Shown one piece after another: positions 35,459-36,665 of a stretch of DNA of 36,665 nucleotides (position 1 is the first letter of the stretch; each line of letters opens with the position of its first letter). The notes beneath the pieces were generated by a model, which saw only the letters and a list, made by a program, of their open reading frames with translations, made no database searches and had not been told where the DNA came from. The position numbers and the translations under genes were made by a program. The DNA is from Candidatus Nomurabacteria bacterium (GTDB lineage Bacteria; Patescibacteriota; Minisyncoccia; Phycocordibacterales; UBA9973): assembly GCA_943356395.1 (NCBI GenBank), contig CALRFC010000001.1, positions 1 through 36,665 on the forward strand, in the 5' to 3' direction.

Positions 35459-36665
35459 AATAGGAAATGTAAGAGCATATGGTGGATGCCTTGGTTTTGT
35501 ATGGCGATGAAGGACGTGGTATGGCTGCGATAAGCTTCGGGGAGGTGCCTAGCAACCGTTAATCCGAAGATGTCCGAATGGGGAAACCTCATTGCGTAAA
35601 CCGCAATGGCGTGCTTTGCACACAGTGTTTAAATATTTAAATATTTAAATATTGCGCGCAGAGCGCGCGCTCACCCGGGGAAGTAAAACATTTCAGTACC
35701 CGGAGGAAAAGAAAACAATTGTTATTCTCCTAGTAGCGGCGAGCGAAAAGGGAAGAGCCCAAACTGCGCATCACATTGCATGTGATGCTGATATTTAAAT
35801 ATTTAAATATCAGCATCGCGCGTAGCGTGATGCGCAGGGTTGTAAGGTGACGATGTAGATTTATCTAGAAGAGTTACAAAATATTTTGTTAGCGGAAGGC
35901 GCTGGAAAGCGCCGCCATAGAGGGTGATGGCCCCGTACGCGAAAATAAAATATCTCTTTGGTCGTCATTCTTGAGTACTTCGAGACACGAATAGCTCGGA
36001 GGAATCCACCGGAACTAACCGGTAAGGCTAAATACATACAAAAACCGATAGTGAACTAGTACCGCGAGGGAAAGGTGAAAAGAACCCCGATAAGGGGAGT
36101 GAAATAGATCTGAAACCATATGCTTACAAAGAGTCGGAGCGGACGCATCACACAGTGTGTGATGCGATATTTCAATATTTAAATATTTAAATATCAGCAT
36201 CGCGCTTTGCGCGATGCGCCCGTCACGGCGTGCCTATTGAAGAATGAGCCAACGAGTTTATGCATATTGCGAGGCTAAGTCTTATAAACGGATGGAGCCG
36301 CAGGGAAACCAAGTGTTAATAGCGCGATTAAGTAGTATGCATAAGACCCGAAGCCAGGTGAGCTACCCATGAGCAGGTTGAAGTTTATCGAAAGATAGAT
36401 GGAGGACCGAACCGGTGAGCCGTTCAACACTCTCGGATGACTTGTGGGTTGGAGTGAAAAGCTTATCGAACCTGGTAATAGCTGGTTCTCTCCGAAATAG
36501 CTTTAGGGTTAGCGTCGCGTGTTCCTTTTGGGGGTAGAGCACTGGAAGATTTCGACAGGGAGCAATCTCGCGAAATCTATCAAACTCCGAATACCAGAAG
36601 TCAAAAACGCGGCAGTTAGACGGCGGGGGCGAAGCTCCGTTCGTCAAAAGGGAAACAGCCCAGAT
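35459..36665 (+). rRNA. rrl: 23S rRNA, 5' portion (partial; 5' end approximate)
   Basis: GGTGGATGCC, GGCGATGAAGGACGT, CCGAATGGGGAAACC, AGTAGCGGCGAGCGAA, ACCGATAGTGAAC.AGTACCG.GAGGGAAAGG.GAAAAG, GACCCGAAGCCAGGTGAGCTA, AGCTGGTTCTCTCCGAAA. Confidence 0.97.

Noticed and set aside
36015..36647. ORFs inside the 23S region (possible intron-encoded proteins)
   Set aside because: Antisense to conserved rRNA sequence; the inserts are under 90 nt and encode no homing endonuclease

Overview
A bacterial chromosome segment, most likely Patescibacteria/CPR (Parcubacteria-like). That assignment is inferred from gene content, the scarcity of Shine-Dalgarno motifs and an unlinked rRNA gene. The left arm holds a tatD 3' end, rpsF-ssb-[four-helix-bundle gene]-rpsR, efp, recA, ftsK and a wHTH gene. 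Next come a large secreted PG-binding/S-layer-like protein and a ~19-kb surface-glycan locus (O-antigen-ligase-like, gmd/fcl, GT11/GT2/GT17, aminotransferase, Wzx). The right arm holds L10 leader-[GIY-YIG]-rplJ-rplL, a few conserved genes and the 5' ~1.2 kb of a 23S rRNA gene with no adjacent 16S. The most unusual signal is non-coding: layered small structured insertions around translation genes. (i) Many housekeeping intergenic regions carry 7-nt-periodic inverted arrays, one enclosing a four-helix-bundle gene. (ii) A tiny CCYGYCC-GAAC-hairpin-RGGCGGG element is inserted without target duplication into those arrays. (iii) Structured inserts duplicate the terminal codons of efp (5') and rplL (3') with synonymous changes. 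(iv) A GIY-YIG gene bounded by a 13-bp inverted repeat sits between the L10 leader and rplJ. (v) One palindromic module recurs in three variable helices of the 23S rRNA and in its leader. A wHTH gene packed with AAGGACA-like motifs next to two DnaA boxes is a separate candidate system. All family calls come from motif recognition by eye; no searches were run.
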